DNA of 64,000 nt from an uncultured Christensenellaceae bacterium (GTDB lineage Bacteria > Bacillota > Clostridia > Christensenellales > SZUA-584): contig CAZSMH010000001.1 of the NCBI GenBank assembly GCA_964607965.1, positions 20,132 to 84,131 of the forward strand. The letters are read 5' to 3'. Below are positions 17,243 through 26,108 of this stretch, piece after piece. The position numbers were made by a program, and so were the translations under genes. The notes below the pieces were generated by a model that was given only the letters and a program-made list of their open reading frames with translations, ran no database searches and had not been told where the DNA came from. Positions within the stretch are counted from its first letter, which is position 1. Each line of letters opens with the position of its first letter.

Positions 17243-18778
17243 ATGGCGATAAATCCTATTAGTCCATCGACTATAAGACTCTCTGGGCTATCATCGGGTC
17301 TTGATACCGATGCTATCGTAGAGAGCTTGCTTCAGGCGAGTCAGCTAAAAATTGACAAACAAAATCAGTTGACTACTAAGCTGACATGGAAGGCTGATTC
17401 GCTAAGAGAGGTAAATTCTCTTATAAGGTCGTTTAGAGAAAACAATTTAAGCGTATTGAATTCGTCGAATAATATGCTTTCGGCAGCGACGTACAACACT
17501 TATTCCATATCTATGCTGTCAGCGACCGAGGCCGTTTCCGTAAGCGCCGGATCTTCAGCGAACATTGGGAAATTGACTATAAACAGCATTGATCAGCTTG
17601 CTGCACAAGCTTCCGTAAAAAGCATGAACGCTTTTGCAGGCGAAACAATGAATCTCGGAGCGGCCTTAAAGGACTTGGAATTTGCAACCGCTCTTGAATT
17701 TGAAGAGGGAGAGATTTCGTTTTCAATAAACGGTGAAATATTTGCATTTTCCGAGGATTCAACATTAAATGATGTAATAAACACAATAAACTCGTCTGAG
17801 GCAGGCGTCAGGATTGCATACAGCAGCCTGACAAAAGGGTTTGCGATAACGTCCAAAACAACCGGAAGTGCAAGCGAGGTAGCGATAGTTAATATTTCGG
17901 GCAATGCTTTTGCCGCTTTAGGCAATCCGGCTGAAGAAAGTGCTTTTGGGATATCAGAAGGTACTGTGAACGGTCAAAATGCCATGATAAGCATTGAAGG
18001 CATTGCGGTTGAAAAATCAACAAACAGTTTTACAATAGACGGCATAACATATTCCCTTAAAGACACTATGGATTCTGCAGTTTCATTTACTGTTGACCGA
18101 AACCTTGATGCTACGGTTGATAAGATAGTGTCGTTTATCAGCGAATACAACACTATTATAGAAAAGCTGCAAAGCATGATAAGTGAAAAGACGTATCGCA
18201 CTTATCAACCGCTTACCGATGTGCAGAAAGATCAAATGAGTGAAAAAGATATACAGCTATGGGAGGACAAGGCAAAAAGCGGCTTGCTGCGCAACGATTC
18301 GGGAATATCGTCGTTATTAAACAGTATGAGAAACGCATTTTCTACAGTGGTAGAGGGCTTGGGTATGCCACCCTCTGCTCTTGGGCTTAATACAGGCTCG
18401 TACTATGAGCAAGGCAAAATAACCGTTGACACTGAAAAACTGCGCACTGCATTAGAAAATAACCCGGATAAAGTAAGAGATTTGTTTACTCAAAGTCCAT
18501 CTGGCGACCCTGAAGATAAATTCAGCAAGTCCGGACTGGTGCTGCGCATATCCGATGCGCTGCTTTCCTATACGCAAAAAGCTACCAGCAATACGCTTTT
18601 AGGACTTGAAAAGCAGATAAGCGATTCCAAAGATAAGGTGGATTCGCTTTCTGATAAACTGGCTACAAAAGAATCTGCGCTTTGGCGAAAATACACTGCA
18701 ATGGAAAAGGCGCTTTCGTCGCTTTACAGTCAGCAGAGCTGGATGTCGGCAATGACAAACACTTGGACAAATAATTAG
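17243..18778 (+). CDS. fliD: Flagellar filament cap protein FliD
   Basis: AGGAGG lies 9 nt upstream of ATG 17243; the track GTG 17237 is only 3 nt from the SD. N-terminus RLSGLSSGLDTDAIVESLLQA and C-terminus EKQISDSKD...RKYTAMEKALSSL are typical of FliD. Confidence 0.9.
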   Translation: MAINPISPSTIRLSGLSSGLDTDAIVESLLQASQLKIDKQNQLTTKLTWKADSLREVNSLIRSFRENNLSVLNSSNNMLSAATYNTYSISMLSATEAVSVSAGSSANIGKLTINSIDQLAAQASVKSMNAFAGETMNLGAALKDLEFATALEFEEGEISFSINGEIFAFSEDSTLNDVINTINSSEAGVRIAYSSLTKGFAITSKTTGSASEVAIVNISGNAFAALGNPAEESAFGISEGTVNGQNAMISIEGIAVEKSTNSFTIDGITYSLKDTMDSAVSFTVDRNLDATVDKIVSFISEYNTIIEKLQSMISEKTYRTYQPLTDVQKDQMSEKDIQLWEDKAKSGLLRNDSGISSLLNSMRNAFSTVVEGLGMPPSALGLNTGSYYEQGKITVDTEKLRTALENNPDKVRDLFTQSPSGDPEDKFSKSGLVLRISDALLSYTQKATSNTLLGLEKQISDSKDKVDSLSDKLATKESALWRKYTAMEKALSSLYSQQSWMSAMTNTWTNN

Positions 18779-18806
18779 AGTAGCCTAACAAGAAGGAGCA
18801 AGTAAA

Positions 18807-19214
18807 ATGAACGCTATGGCAAATTCTTATCAGCAGTATAGAAAACATGATGTAATGATGGCTAATCCTCTTGAGCTTATCATAATGCTTTATAACGGCT
18901 GTATTAAACAGCTTAAGCTTGCGGGAATAGCAATAAACGGTAAGGATTTTGAGCCTGCAAATTCACATTTGCAGAAGGCTCAGGAAATTGTAATGGAGCT
19001 TATCAACGGACTGGATTTTAAGTACAGTATTGCTAACGAGCTTATGTCTTTATATGAGTTTATAAACCGACAGATAATTTCAATTAATATCAAAAAGGAC
19101 GCTGACGGCATACAGCCTCTTGTAGAGATGCTGGCAGCTTTGCGTGATTCCTGGGTGAAAGTGCAAAAACAGCACAAAGGTGGTACATACCAGGTATATG
19201 AAAGAGAGTCTTAA
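18807..19214 (+). CDS. fliS: Flagellin-specific chaperone FliS
   Basis: YQQY...NPLELIIMLYNGCIK...A..I..EL...LD is the FliS signature; GAAGGAG SD. Confidence 0.9.
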   Translation: MNAMANSYQQYRKHDVMMANPLELIIMLYNGCIKQLKLAGIAINGKDFEPANSHLQKAQEIVMELINGLDFKYSIANELMSLYEFINRQIISINIKKDADGIQPLVEMLAALRDSWVKVQKQHKGGTYQVYERES

Positions 19215-19628
19215 ATGGATACAGAGCAGGGGAATTTATTATCTATATTGGAACAAAAAAAAGAATGGCTTACAAAGATGCTCGATATTACACGTCAGTT
19301 CAAAGCGTTGCTGGAGGCTGACCGCATTGACGAGTTTGAAAACGGTATTAAAAGCAGAGAAACAATAATCGCAAAAATTGACGGCCTAATAAATATCGAA
19401 CGCAAGTTTGGCAACAAAAACAGCGCTGATATTGTTATTCTAAAAAAGCAGACACAAGAAATAATACAGCAAATACTAGAAGTCGACAAGGAAAATACCG
19501 AACTGGCAACGAAAAAGATAAAATGGTACAAGGAGCAGATTAAAAGTATAAACGAAAGCAAAAAAGGAACCAGCAGTTATTCGAAAAGTATGCAGGAAAA
19601 CGCATTTTACGTTGATGCCAAAAAATAA
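19215..19628 (+). CDS. fliT: FliT-like flagellar chaperone (helical, 137 aa)
   Basis: Position directly after fliS; all-helical, with the LL..K...L..ML..T......L pattern of Firmicute FliT. Confidence 0.5.
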   Translation: MDTEQGNLLSILEQKKEWLTKMLDITRQFKALLEADRIDEFENGIKSRETIIAKIDGLINIERKFGNKNSADIVILKKQTQEIIQQILEVDKENTELATKKIKWYKEQIKSINESKKGTSSYSKSMQENAFYVDAKK

Positions 19629-19657
19629 GATGTTTTGCGGCAGGCTTTGGAGTTTAT

Positions 19658-20110
19658 ATGAAGGTTGCGGATATAAGGCGTGTTTTACCAGGTACAAATG
19701 AACGGCAAGCGGTTGTGGGTAAAAATGCCGCGTCCGGTTCGGGCATGGCTTTTTCCCGCCATATGACTGCGCTTAACAAGACACAGTATCATCAATATTT
19801 GAATGATTTGCAGGAAAGGATTTTTAAAAAGGGCGAGAAGTTAAAGGAAAGCGCAGATATAAAAGTTTTGCAGGAATACAGACAGCTTATAAGCGAACTG
19901 CTTGCACAGGCGGCCGGCAATGCCTACGAGTGTATTAAATCAAGCTTGTTTGACTCAAAAGGGCGTCACAAGATTTTTTTTGTTATAAGAAAAATAAATG
20001 AAAAATTGGACGAGTTAGCAAGCGAGATATTGTCAGAGCAGAAGGACAATATTAAGCTGCTTGAAATGGTAGATGATATCCGCGGTATGCTGGTGGATTT
20101 GTTCTTATAG
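19658..20110 (+). CDS. YaaR / DUF327 family protein
   Basis: Close pattern match to B. subtilis YaaR as recalled (L..I...GE.L......L..Y..L+.E.L ... +INEKLDELA.EI...+K..I.LL....+IRG+LVDL). Confidence 0.75.
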   Translation: MKVADIRRVLPGTNERQAVVGKNAASGSGMAFSRHMTALNKTQYHQYLNDLQERIFKKGEKLKESADIKVLQEYRQLISELLAQAAGNAYECIKSSLFDSKGRHKIFFVIRKINEKLDELASEILSEQKDNIKLLEMVDDIRGMLVDLFL

Positions 20111-20132
20111 ATATATGAAAAGGAGGACGGTT

Positions 20133-20618
20133 ATGATAGATCAACTGTATGAGCAGCAGGAGGACACCCAATACGGACGTTATTTGACTTTTTATATTTT
20201 GGATGATGTTTACGGTATTGAGATTAAATATGTAACTGAGATTATTGGCGTGCTTCCTATTACATCTATACCCGAGGTTGCGGATTATATTAAGGGGATT
20301 ATTAATCTGCGCGGCAAAATTATACCTGTTATAGATATGAGGATAAAATTCAAAAAGCCGTCTGCAGATTATGACGACAGGACATGCATTATCATTGTTG
20401 AAACTGAAGACCTTATTTTGGGACTGATTGTGGACAGGGTTGCAGATGTAATAACATTAAACGATGAAGACATTGCGCCGCCGCCAAGCCATAAGTCGGG
20501 TATTCGCAATAAGTATATACGTGGCATCGGGAAAGTTTCAGGAGAAATAAAACTATTGCTAGATTGTGATAAGCTGTTCAACGAGGAAGAAACCCAAGAG
20601 ATTAAATCCATAGAGTAA
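20133..20618 (+). CDS. cheW: Chemotaxis coupling protein CheW
   Basis: The ATG at 20133 follows an AAAGGAGG SD; the track start 20073 overlaps the previous gene. YLTFYILDDVYGIEI...V.EI..........P....GIINLRG.IIPVIDMR is the CheW fold signature. Confidence 0.9.
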   Translation: MIDQLYEQQEDTQYGRYLTFYILDDVYGIEIKYVTEIIGVLPITSIPEVADYIKGIINLRGKIIPVIDMRIKFKKPSADYDDRTCIIIVETEDLILGLIVDRVADVITLNDEDIAPPPSHKSGIRNKYIRGIGKVSGEIKLLLDCDKLFNEEETQEIKSIE

Positions 20619-20722
20619 CTAGTTTCAAAGATTATAATCAGGGCAGGGGGCGGCGCTTTCTGCCCTTAATCCATATAAAAGACACTAAATAAAAGACAAT
20701 AAAAAATTTTGACGGGGAAGCA

Positions 20723-21538
20723 ATGATTGCTATAAAAGACAGGGAATTTTTTTTACTGGTAAACTATCTGCAAAAAAAGTTTGGTATAAATCTTACAAAA
20801 AAAAGAACTTTGGTTGAGAGCAGGCTCAACAATTTTTTAATTGAAAACAATTTTAGCGATTATGAATCGTTTTTAGGTTTCGCTTTTAAAGATAAGACAG
20901 GAAATATGATTAACCAGATAATTAACCGGCTGACAACAAACTATTCATATTTTATGAGAGAATGGGAACATTTTGAGTATTTCAGGGACCATGTACTGCC
21001 GGAAATAAAAGAACGGGAAAAAGAAAAGGATATACGAATCTGGAGCGCGGGATGCTCCACAGGACAGGAACCGTATATGATTGCGATGCTCATTGCCGAT
21101 TATTTTGGCAGTATAAAAGAAAACTGGGATACTAAGATACTGGCAACGGACATATCACAGAAAGCGCTGGAGGCCGCGGTGAAGGGTGAGTATGACAACG
21201 AGTGTTTAACTAATGTACCGGCAGACTGGAAAAGGAGGTATTTTAACAAGTTAAATAACGGTAAGTGGGAAATTAAAAAAATAATTAAAGATGAAGTAAT
21301 TTTCAGGCGTTTAAACCTTATTGAAAATCGATTTTCTTTTAAAAAACAGTTACACGTTATTTTTTGCCGTAATGTGATGATTTATTTTAACAAGCAGACG
21401 AAAGAAGAGCTTATTGAAAAATTTCATGAAGTAACGGCACAGGGCGGATATCTGTTTGTTGGCCAGTCTGAAACGCTAAGTACAAACACCATTCGATACA
21501 AAAATGTAAGACCATCAATTTATAAGAAGGGTATGTAG
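20723..21538 (+). CDS. cheR: Chemotaxis methyltransferase CheR
   Basis: IRIWSAGCSTGQEPY, ILATDIS, IFCRNVMIYF. Confidence 0.95.
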   Translation: MIAIKDREFFLLVNYLQKKFGINLTKKRTLVESRLNNFLIENNFSDYESFLGFAFKDKTGNMINQIINRLTTNYSYFMREWEHFEYFRDHVLPEIKEREKEKDIRIWSAGCSTGQEPYMIAMLIADYFGSIKENWDTKILATDISQKALEAAVKGEYDNECLTNVPADWKRRYFNKLNNGKWEIKKIIKDEVIFRRLNLIENRFSFKKQLHVIFCRNVMIYFNKQTKEELIEKFHEVTAQGGYLFVGQSETLSTNTIRYKNVRPSIYKKGM

Positions 21539-21542
21539 AGTT

Positions 21543-22580
21543 ATGGCGGTAAATGCGGTCAGATTGTTGGTCGTAGACGAGTCATCCTTTTTTAAAGAAA
21601 CTATTGTTTCCGCACTTGCACAAGACCCGGGGATAGAAGTAGTTGCAACAGTAGCCGACGCTTTTAAAGCACGCGATTTAATTATTAAATTGTCGCCTGA
21701 CGTAATTATTTTAGATATAAGCAGGCATGGAACTAAAGACCTTGAATTTCTAAAACATTTGCTGTCGCAATATAAGCTTCCTGTAGTTATTATCAGTAAC
21801 CTGGCCAGCGCGGTGTTTGATGCTCTTGATGCCGGTGCCGTTGATTTTATCAGCAAGCCTGCACTAAAAACAGGGCATGATATTCAGCAATTCATATCTC
21901 AAGTAGCTGTTAAGGTGAAAATAGCTTCAATTGCTAAAGTTGACAGGCGGGCAAAAAAAGAAATACTTAAGGCATCACAAATAATACAGAACATAAAAGC
22001 AAATAAAGACAGCCTTATTGCAATAGGTGCGTCAACGGGAGGCACAGAGGCTACATTAAACATTTTAAAAGAATTAGGGAACGACCTTGCAGGAATAGTT
22101 ATTGTTCAGCATATGCCGGCAGTTTTCACGAGAATTTATGCCGAGAGACTCAATACATTGTGCAGAATGGAAGTTAGGGAAGCAAAGGATAAGGACAAAA
22201 TATTACCCGGCACCGTGTTGATCGCCCCGGGCGGCATGCATATGTCGGTTGAAAGACAAGGCGGCAGTTTGGAAGTTAATTGTTATGCCGGAGAAAAGGT
22301 AAACGGCCACTGTCCGTCTGTTGATATTTTATTTGGTTCAGTCGCTAAATTAAAGGGTATCAATAGCTTAGGCATTATTTTGACGGGAATGGGAAGTGAC
22401 GGTGCCAACGGTCTTCTCGCGATGAAGCAAAACGGTTCTATGACAATAGGGCAGGATAAAAAGAGCTCTGTCGTTTACGGTATGCCTGCAGTGGCTTATA
22501 GCATTGGTGCTGTTAAAAGCCAGCTGCCGCCGGAAGAAATCCCGCAGAAGATATATGAATGGCATAGTTTGATTACTTAA
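21543..22580 (+). CDS. cheB: Chemotaxis methylesterase CheB (REC + esterase)
   Basis: REC domain (LLVVDES ... VIILDI ... FISKP) and esterase domain (IGASTGG, VQHMP, GMGSDG). Confidence 0.9.
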   Translation: MAVNAVRLLVVDESSFFKETIVSALAQDPGIEVVATVADAFKARDLIIKLSPDVIILDISRHGTKDLEFLKHLLSQYKLPVVIISNLASAVFDALDAGAVDFISKPALKTGHDIQQFISQVAVKVKIASIAKVDRRAKKEILKASQIIQNIKANKDSLIAIGASTGGTEATLNILKELGNDLAGIVIVQHMPAVFTRIYAERLNTLCRMEVREAKDKDKILPGTVLIAPGGMHMSVERQGGSLEVNCYAGEKVNGHCPSVDILFGSVAKLKGINSLGIILTGMGSDGANGLLAMKQNGSMTIGQDKKSSVVYGMPAVAYSIGAVKSQLPPEEIPQKIYEWHSLIT

Positions 22581-22589
22581 AAAACGGAC

Positions 22590-22617
22590 TAATGTTAGGC
22601 TAAATAAAACCCGATAA
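22590..22617 (+). promoter_or_regulatory. Possible sigma28-like promoter (TAAT-N17-CCGATAA) abutting the SLT start codon
   Basis: cTAATg at 22589-22594 and cCCGATAA at 22610-22617. The TAAx-to-CCGATA spacing equals that of the two strong sigma28 promoters here. One mismatch in each element. Confidence 0.3.
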
Positions 22618-22622
22618 TAAGT

Positions 22623-23237
22623 ATGATGAGAAATGTAGAAAGTATATATTTGTCAAAGCTTGAACGTTTTCAAAGTGTACTCGAAAAAGGCGTTGCAAAA
22701 CAAGGCGGCCAGGTATTTGAGGACATACTGCAAAAAGTTCAGGCGCGGATGAACGGAAACGTTATAGAAGAGCCGGCGGAGACTGCATATACCAATACAT
22801 ATACTGATTCGGTTTCGGACAGTAAAAGCGAAATCGATTTAGCGATAGAGAACGCGGCTGGAATTACGGGGCTGAGCCCTGCGCTTATACGCGCAGTAAT
22901 AATGACCGAGTCATCCTTCCGCCCAAATGCCGTATCACGATGCGGCGCGCAGGGGCTGATGCAGCTTATGCCGGGAACCGCTAAGGAGCTTGGCGTGCAG
23001 GATTCTTTCGACGTTTATCAAAACGTACTGGGAGGCTGCACTTATCTTAAAAAACAGCTTAAACGATTCGGCGATTTACGGCTGGCGCTTGCCGCTTACA
23101 ATGCAGGCCCTAGCCGTGTGGCGTCTTATCGCATTAAAGACCCCGATGACCCTGAGCAGTATGAAAGGCTGTCCAAAGGCGTACGGGGATACGTAAACAA
23201 AATTCTTCGCTATTATAAGAAGTATTCAGGAACGTAA
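22623..23237 (+). CDS. Lytic transglycosylase (SLT domain), flagellar-locus associated (FlgJ-like role)
   Basis: SLT catalytic motif IMTESSFRPNAVSRCGAQGLMQLMPGTA plus AAYNAGP. No SD and no signal peptide; start is 22623 or 22626. Confidence 0.8.
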   Translation: MMRNVESIYLSKLERFQSVLEKGVAKQGGQVFEDILQKVQARMNGNVIEEPAETAYTNTYTDSVSDSKSEIDLAIENAAGITGLSPALIRAVIMTESSFRPNAVSRCGAQGLMQLMPGTAKELGVQDSFDVYQNVLGGCTYLKKQLKRFGDLRLALAAYNAGPSRVASYRIKDPDDPEQYERLSKGVRGYVNKILRYYKKYSGT

Positions 23238-23254
23238 ATAGGGGGTGGTATGTC

Positions 23255-23650
23255 TTGCCAGGCAATGTTTTTAACAATGTTGACGTGCTGCAGCAAGGGC
23301 TTAACGCATCATGGATGAAAAACAAAGTAATTGCAAACAACATAGCAAATGTCGACACGCCCGGGTTTAAAGCGTCTTCGGTTTCGTTTGAATCTGTGTT
23401 TAAAGCGGCTATTGGGCGTGAATTTACAGCAAAAAAGACGCGCTCAAAACACATTGATTTTTCAGGAAGCGATATGCAGGCCGTTGTAGCGCAGGATAAC
23501 AGCACCACATACAGAATGGACGGCAACAATGTAAATATAGACGCACAAAACGCTGAGATGGCGAAAAATACTATATTTTATAACGCACTGGTCCAGCAGC
23601 TTTCGAGCGAGTTCAGAAAGCTGCAGATTGCGATAAGAGAAGGAGGCTGA
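23255..23650 (+). CDS. flgB: Flagellar basal-body rod protein FlgB
   Basis: TTG start after a GGGGGTGG SD; ANNIANVDTPGFK motif; position before flgC. Confidence 0.9.
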   Translation: MPGNVFNNVDVLQQGLNASWMKNKVIANNIANVDTPGFKASSVSFESVFKAAIGREFTAKKTRSKHIDFSGSDMQAVVAQDNSTTYRMDGNNVNIDAQNAEMAKNTIFYNALVQQLSSEFRKLQIAIREGG

Positions 23651-23655
23651 TTATC

Positions 23656-24078
23656 ATGGCATTTTTGAAATCTCTGGATATAAGCGCTTCTGCGTTGACT
23701 GCTCAGCGCATGAGGATGGATGTAATAAGCCAGAACATTGCTAACGCGACGACAACCCGTACGGCAAACGGCAGTCCTTACCGCAGGCGAATAGTTGTAA
23801 TGAGCGAAAAACCATCTTCTTTTGAAACAGTGTTCGGGAAAACGCTGGGCGGAGGCGTAAAAGTATCGAGCATAGCCGAAGATGCTTCGGATTTTGAATA
23901 CAAATATGATCCTAACCATCCTGATGCCAACGAGCTGGGTTATGTTGCAATGCCCAATGTAGATGAGGTTGAAGAGATAATTGATATGATGTCGGCTTCG
24001 CGTTCTTTCGAGGCCAACGTTACCGTGCTTAACGCAACCAAAGGAATGGCAATGAAAGCACTTGAAATCGGCCGGTAG
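23656..24078 (+). CDS. flgC: Flagellar basal-body rod protein FlgC
   Basis: SASALTAQRMRMDVISQNIANATTTRT ... GYVAMPNV...EE..DMM.ASRSFEAN. Confidence 0.95.
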   Translation: MAFLKSLDISASALTAQRMRMDVISQNIANATTTRTANGSPYRRRIVVMSEKPSSFETVFGKTLGGGVKVSSIAEDASDFEYKYDPNHPDANELGYVAMPNVDEVEEIIDMMSASRSFEANVTVLNATKGMAMKALEIGR

Positions 24079-24106
24079 TTGTTTTAAGTTTTTAGGAGGG
24101 GTTTAA

Positions 24107-24397
24107 ATGCAGATAAGCGGAATAAACAGTCTTTCACCACAGGCTGCTATAAAGGAAACGGACAAATCTAATGGGCAAAGCAGTTTTACCAACATACTCT
24201 CGGACGCCATAGACAGCGCTAAAGAAGCTGAAAAAAGCGCGGGAGAGCAAAACGCAGCGATTCTTACCGGAGAAGCTGACGATTTGCATACGCCTTTAAT
24301 AGAGGCGCAGAAAGCTGAGCTTATACTAAGCCTTGCAGTACAGATCAGAAACAAGGTTATAGAGGCCTATAACGACGTAATGCGTATGCAAATGTAA
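24107..24397 (+). CDS. fliE: Flagellar hook-basal body complex protein FliE
   Basis: C-terminal A.LSL...+RNKV+EAY.++MRMQ is typical of FliE; AGGAGGGG SD. Confidence 0.9.
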   Translation: MQISGINSLSPQAAIKETDKSNGQSSFTNILSDAIDSAKEAEKSAGEQNAAILTGEADDLHTPLIEAQKAELILSLAVQIRNKVIEAYNDVMRMQM

Positions 24398-24417
24398 TAT
24401 CTTTTTACATAATCTGT

Positions 24418-24446
24418 TTCACACAAATTTAATAAGGGTATATAAA
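24418..24446 (+). promoter_or_regulatory. Possible sigmaA-type promoter at the fliE|fliO junction
   Basis: TTCACA (24418-24423), 17-nt spacer, TATAAA (24441-24446) in the 72-nt gap. Confidence 0.35.
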
Positions 24447-24469
24447 GTGTAGACTGAGAGGGGTTACTG

Positions 24470-24985
24470 ATGGGGGATAACGACTGGTCTACGCTTTTTA
24501 TTATTCTTATTATGGTCGCTGTAATGGTGGGAGCTTATTTCACCACTAAATTCCTATCCGGAAAAACCAGCCGAATGCTAAAAAGCAAGCATATACAAAT
24601 TATAGACCGCATCGTACTGGCAAAAGACAAAGCATTGTTTCTTACAAAAGTAGGAGGCAGATGCTTTTTTATTGGCGTGACAAATCAGACAATCAATACG
24701 ATAAGCGAGATTAAGCCGGAAGAGATAAGCATTATTCCAGACGAAGGATCCAATACTTCTCCGAAAAATATTTTGCGAAGGTTTTCGGATTTTCTTGCAA
24801 GCGCTAAAAATGCTCCGGAAAATTTGCGCAAAGCAAGAAACGAACATAAACAGACAAAAAACCAATCTGTTGCTCCCACTAAAACCGGTGTTGACGATGA
24901 CTATATTGACCAGATAAGCCGCGCGATTGAACAGCGCAGAGAAAAAGCGGGCAAAAAATCTGGTGGCACAGAGGGCGGCAAATGA
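24470..24985 (+). CDS. fliO: Flagellar biosynthesis protein FliO (FliZ of Bacillus)
   Basis: Single N-terminal TM followed by IQIIDRIVLAKDKALFLTKVGG..F.IGV; position immediately before fliP with overlap. Confidence 0.75.
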   Translation: MGDNDWSTLFIILIMVAVMVGAYFTTKFLSGKTSRMLKSKHIQIIDRIVLAKDKALFLTKVGGRCFFIGVTNQTINTISEIKPEEISIIPDEGSNTSPKNILRRFSDFLASAKNAPENLRKARNEHKQTKNQSVAPTKTGVDDDYIDQISRAIEQRREKAGKKSGGTEGGK

Positions 24986-25779
24986 ACAGCATCAGTTCTG
25001 AAAAGCCGGCAAAAAAATGCCGTCAGCGTATAGTAAAAAAAATAATTATAACATGCGCACTGCTTCTTGTTCTTGTTGTATTGTTTTCGGGCTGTGCGGC
25101 AGACGAGGATACATCGTCCGAGAATTCGGCTCTGGGCGGATTGCTGGGAGATAGGTCTGATACAATAGACATTCTGTTGCTGCTTACAATACTATCGCTG
25201 CTTCCGTCTATACTGATAATGCTCACCTGTTTTCCGCGCATTATCATCGTGCTGTCGCTTATACGCAACGGTCTCGGTCTGCAGCAGATGCCGCCGAATC
25301 AGGTATTAATCGGGTTGGCGTTGTTTTTAACTTTCTTTGTTATGTCACCCGTTATAGAAGATGTTAATGTTAAGGCGTACCAGCCTTATATTGCAGAACA
25401 GATAGAATCTGACGAAGCGCTTAAGCGCGCAATGGAGCCTGTCCGCGATTTTATGTTCAGGCAGACATATAAGAGCGATTTGGATTATTTTATATCCGTT
25501 TCGCCTAACGATAAAGATGTGCAGAGCCCAGAGCAAGTATCTAATACGGCTCTTATTCCGGCCTTTATCACAAGCGAGATAAAGCGCGGGTTTCAGATTG
25601 GCTTTTTGCTCTACATACCGTTTATCGTTCTTGATATGATTGTGGCCAGTGCGCTGATGTCCATGGGAATGATGATGCTGCCGCCGATAATTATATCATT
25701 GCCGTTTAAAGTTCTTTTATTTGTATTGGTGGATGGATGGACACTTACAGTACGTACGCTTATAAACAGCTTCGGATAG
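24982..25779 (+). CDS. fliP: Flagellar export apparatus protein FliP
   Basis: LLTILSLLPSILIMLTCFPRIIIVLSLIRNGLG, FLLYIPF+V+D+IVAS.LMSMGMMMLPP. Confidence 0.95.
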   Translation: MNSISSEKPAKKCRQRIVKKIIITCALLLVLVVLFSGCAADEDTSSENSALGGLLGDRSDTIDILLLLTILSLLPSILIMLTCFPRIIIVLSLIRNGLGLQQMPPNQVLIGLALFLTFFVMSPVIEDVNVKAYQPYIAEQIESDEALKRAMEPVRDFMFRQTYKSDLDYFISVSPNDKDVQSPEQVSNTALIPAFITSEIKRGFQIGFLLYIPFIVLDMIVASALMSMGMMMLPPIIISLPFKVLLFVLVDGWTLTVRTLINSFG

Positions 25780-25828
25780 GACGCAATATATAAAAACGTT
25801 AAAGCAATAATCAGGGAGGTTATACCAG

Positions 25829-26098
25829 TTGAGTCAGCCTGAAGTCATTACCGTAATGCAGGACGCGGTAACAACTATTATTACCGTTGCTGCGCCGATA
25901 TTGATTGTAGCCATGGTTGTAGGCGTGGTTATTTCCATTTTCCAGGCAACAACGCAGATTAATGAGCAGACGCTTGCCTTTGTGCCGAAAATCATTGCTA
26001 TACTGATTGTTCTTCTGATATTTGGAGGAATGATGCTGACCAACTTAACGGATTTTGCACAGCGAATGTTCGGTTGTGTGGATACAATGCTAAGATAG
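25829..26098 (+). CDS. fliQ: Flagellar export apparatus protein FliQ
   Basis: TTG start after a GGGAGG SD; 89 aa with two TM segments; SIFQATTQINEQTLAFVPKI motif. Confidence 0.95.
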   Translation: MSQPEVITVMQDAVTTIITVAAPILIVAMVVGVVISIFQATTQINEQTLAFVPKIIAILIVLLIFGGMMLTNLTDFAQRMFGCVDTMLR

Positions 26099-26108
26099 AA
26101 GTGGGGCA

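Noticed and set aside
20640-20666. A hairpin AGGGCAG-N13-CTGCCCT after cheW, a possible terminator splitting cheW from cheR.
   Set aside because: It has a large 13-nt loop and no U-tract, and I could not find a cheR promoter downstream. It is probably at most a weak pause or stability element.
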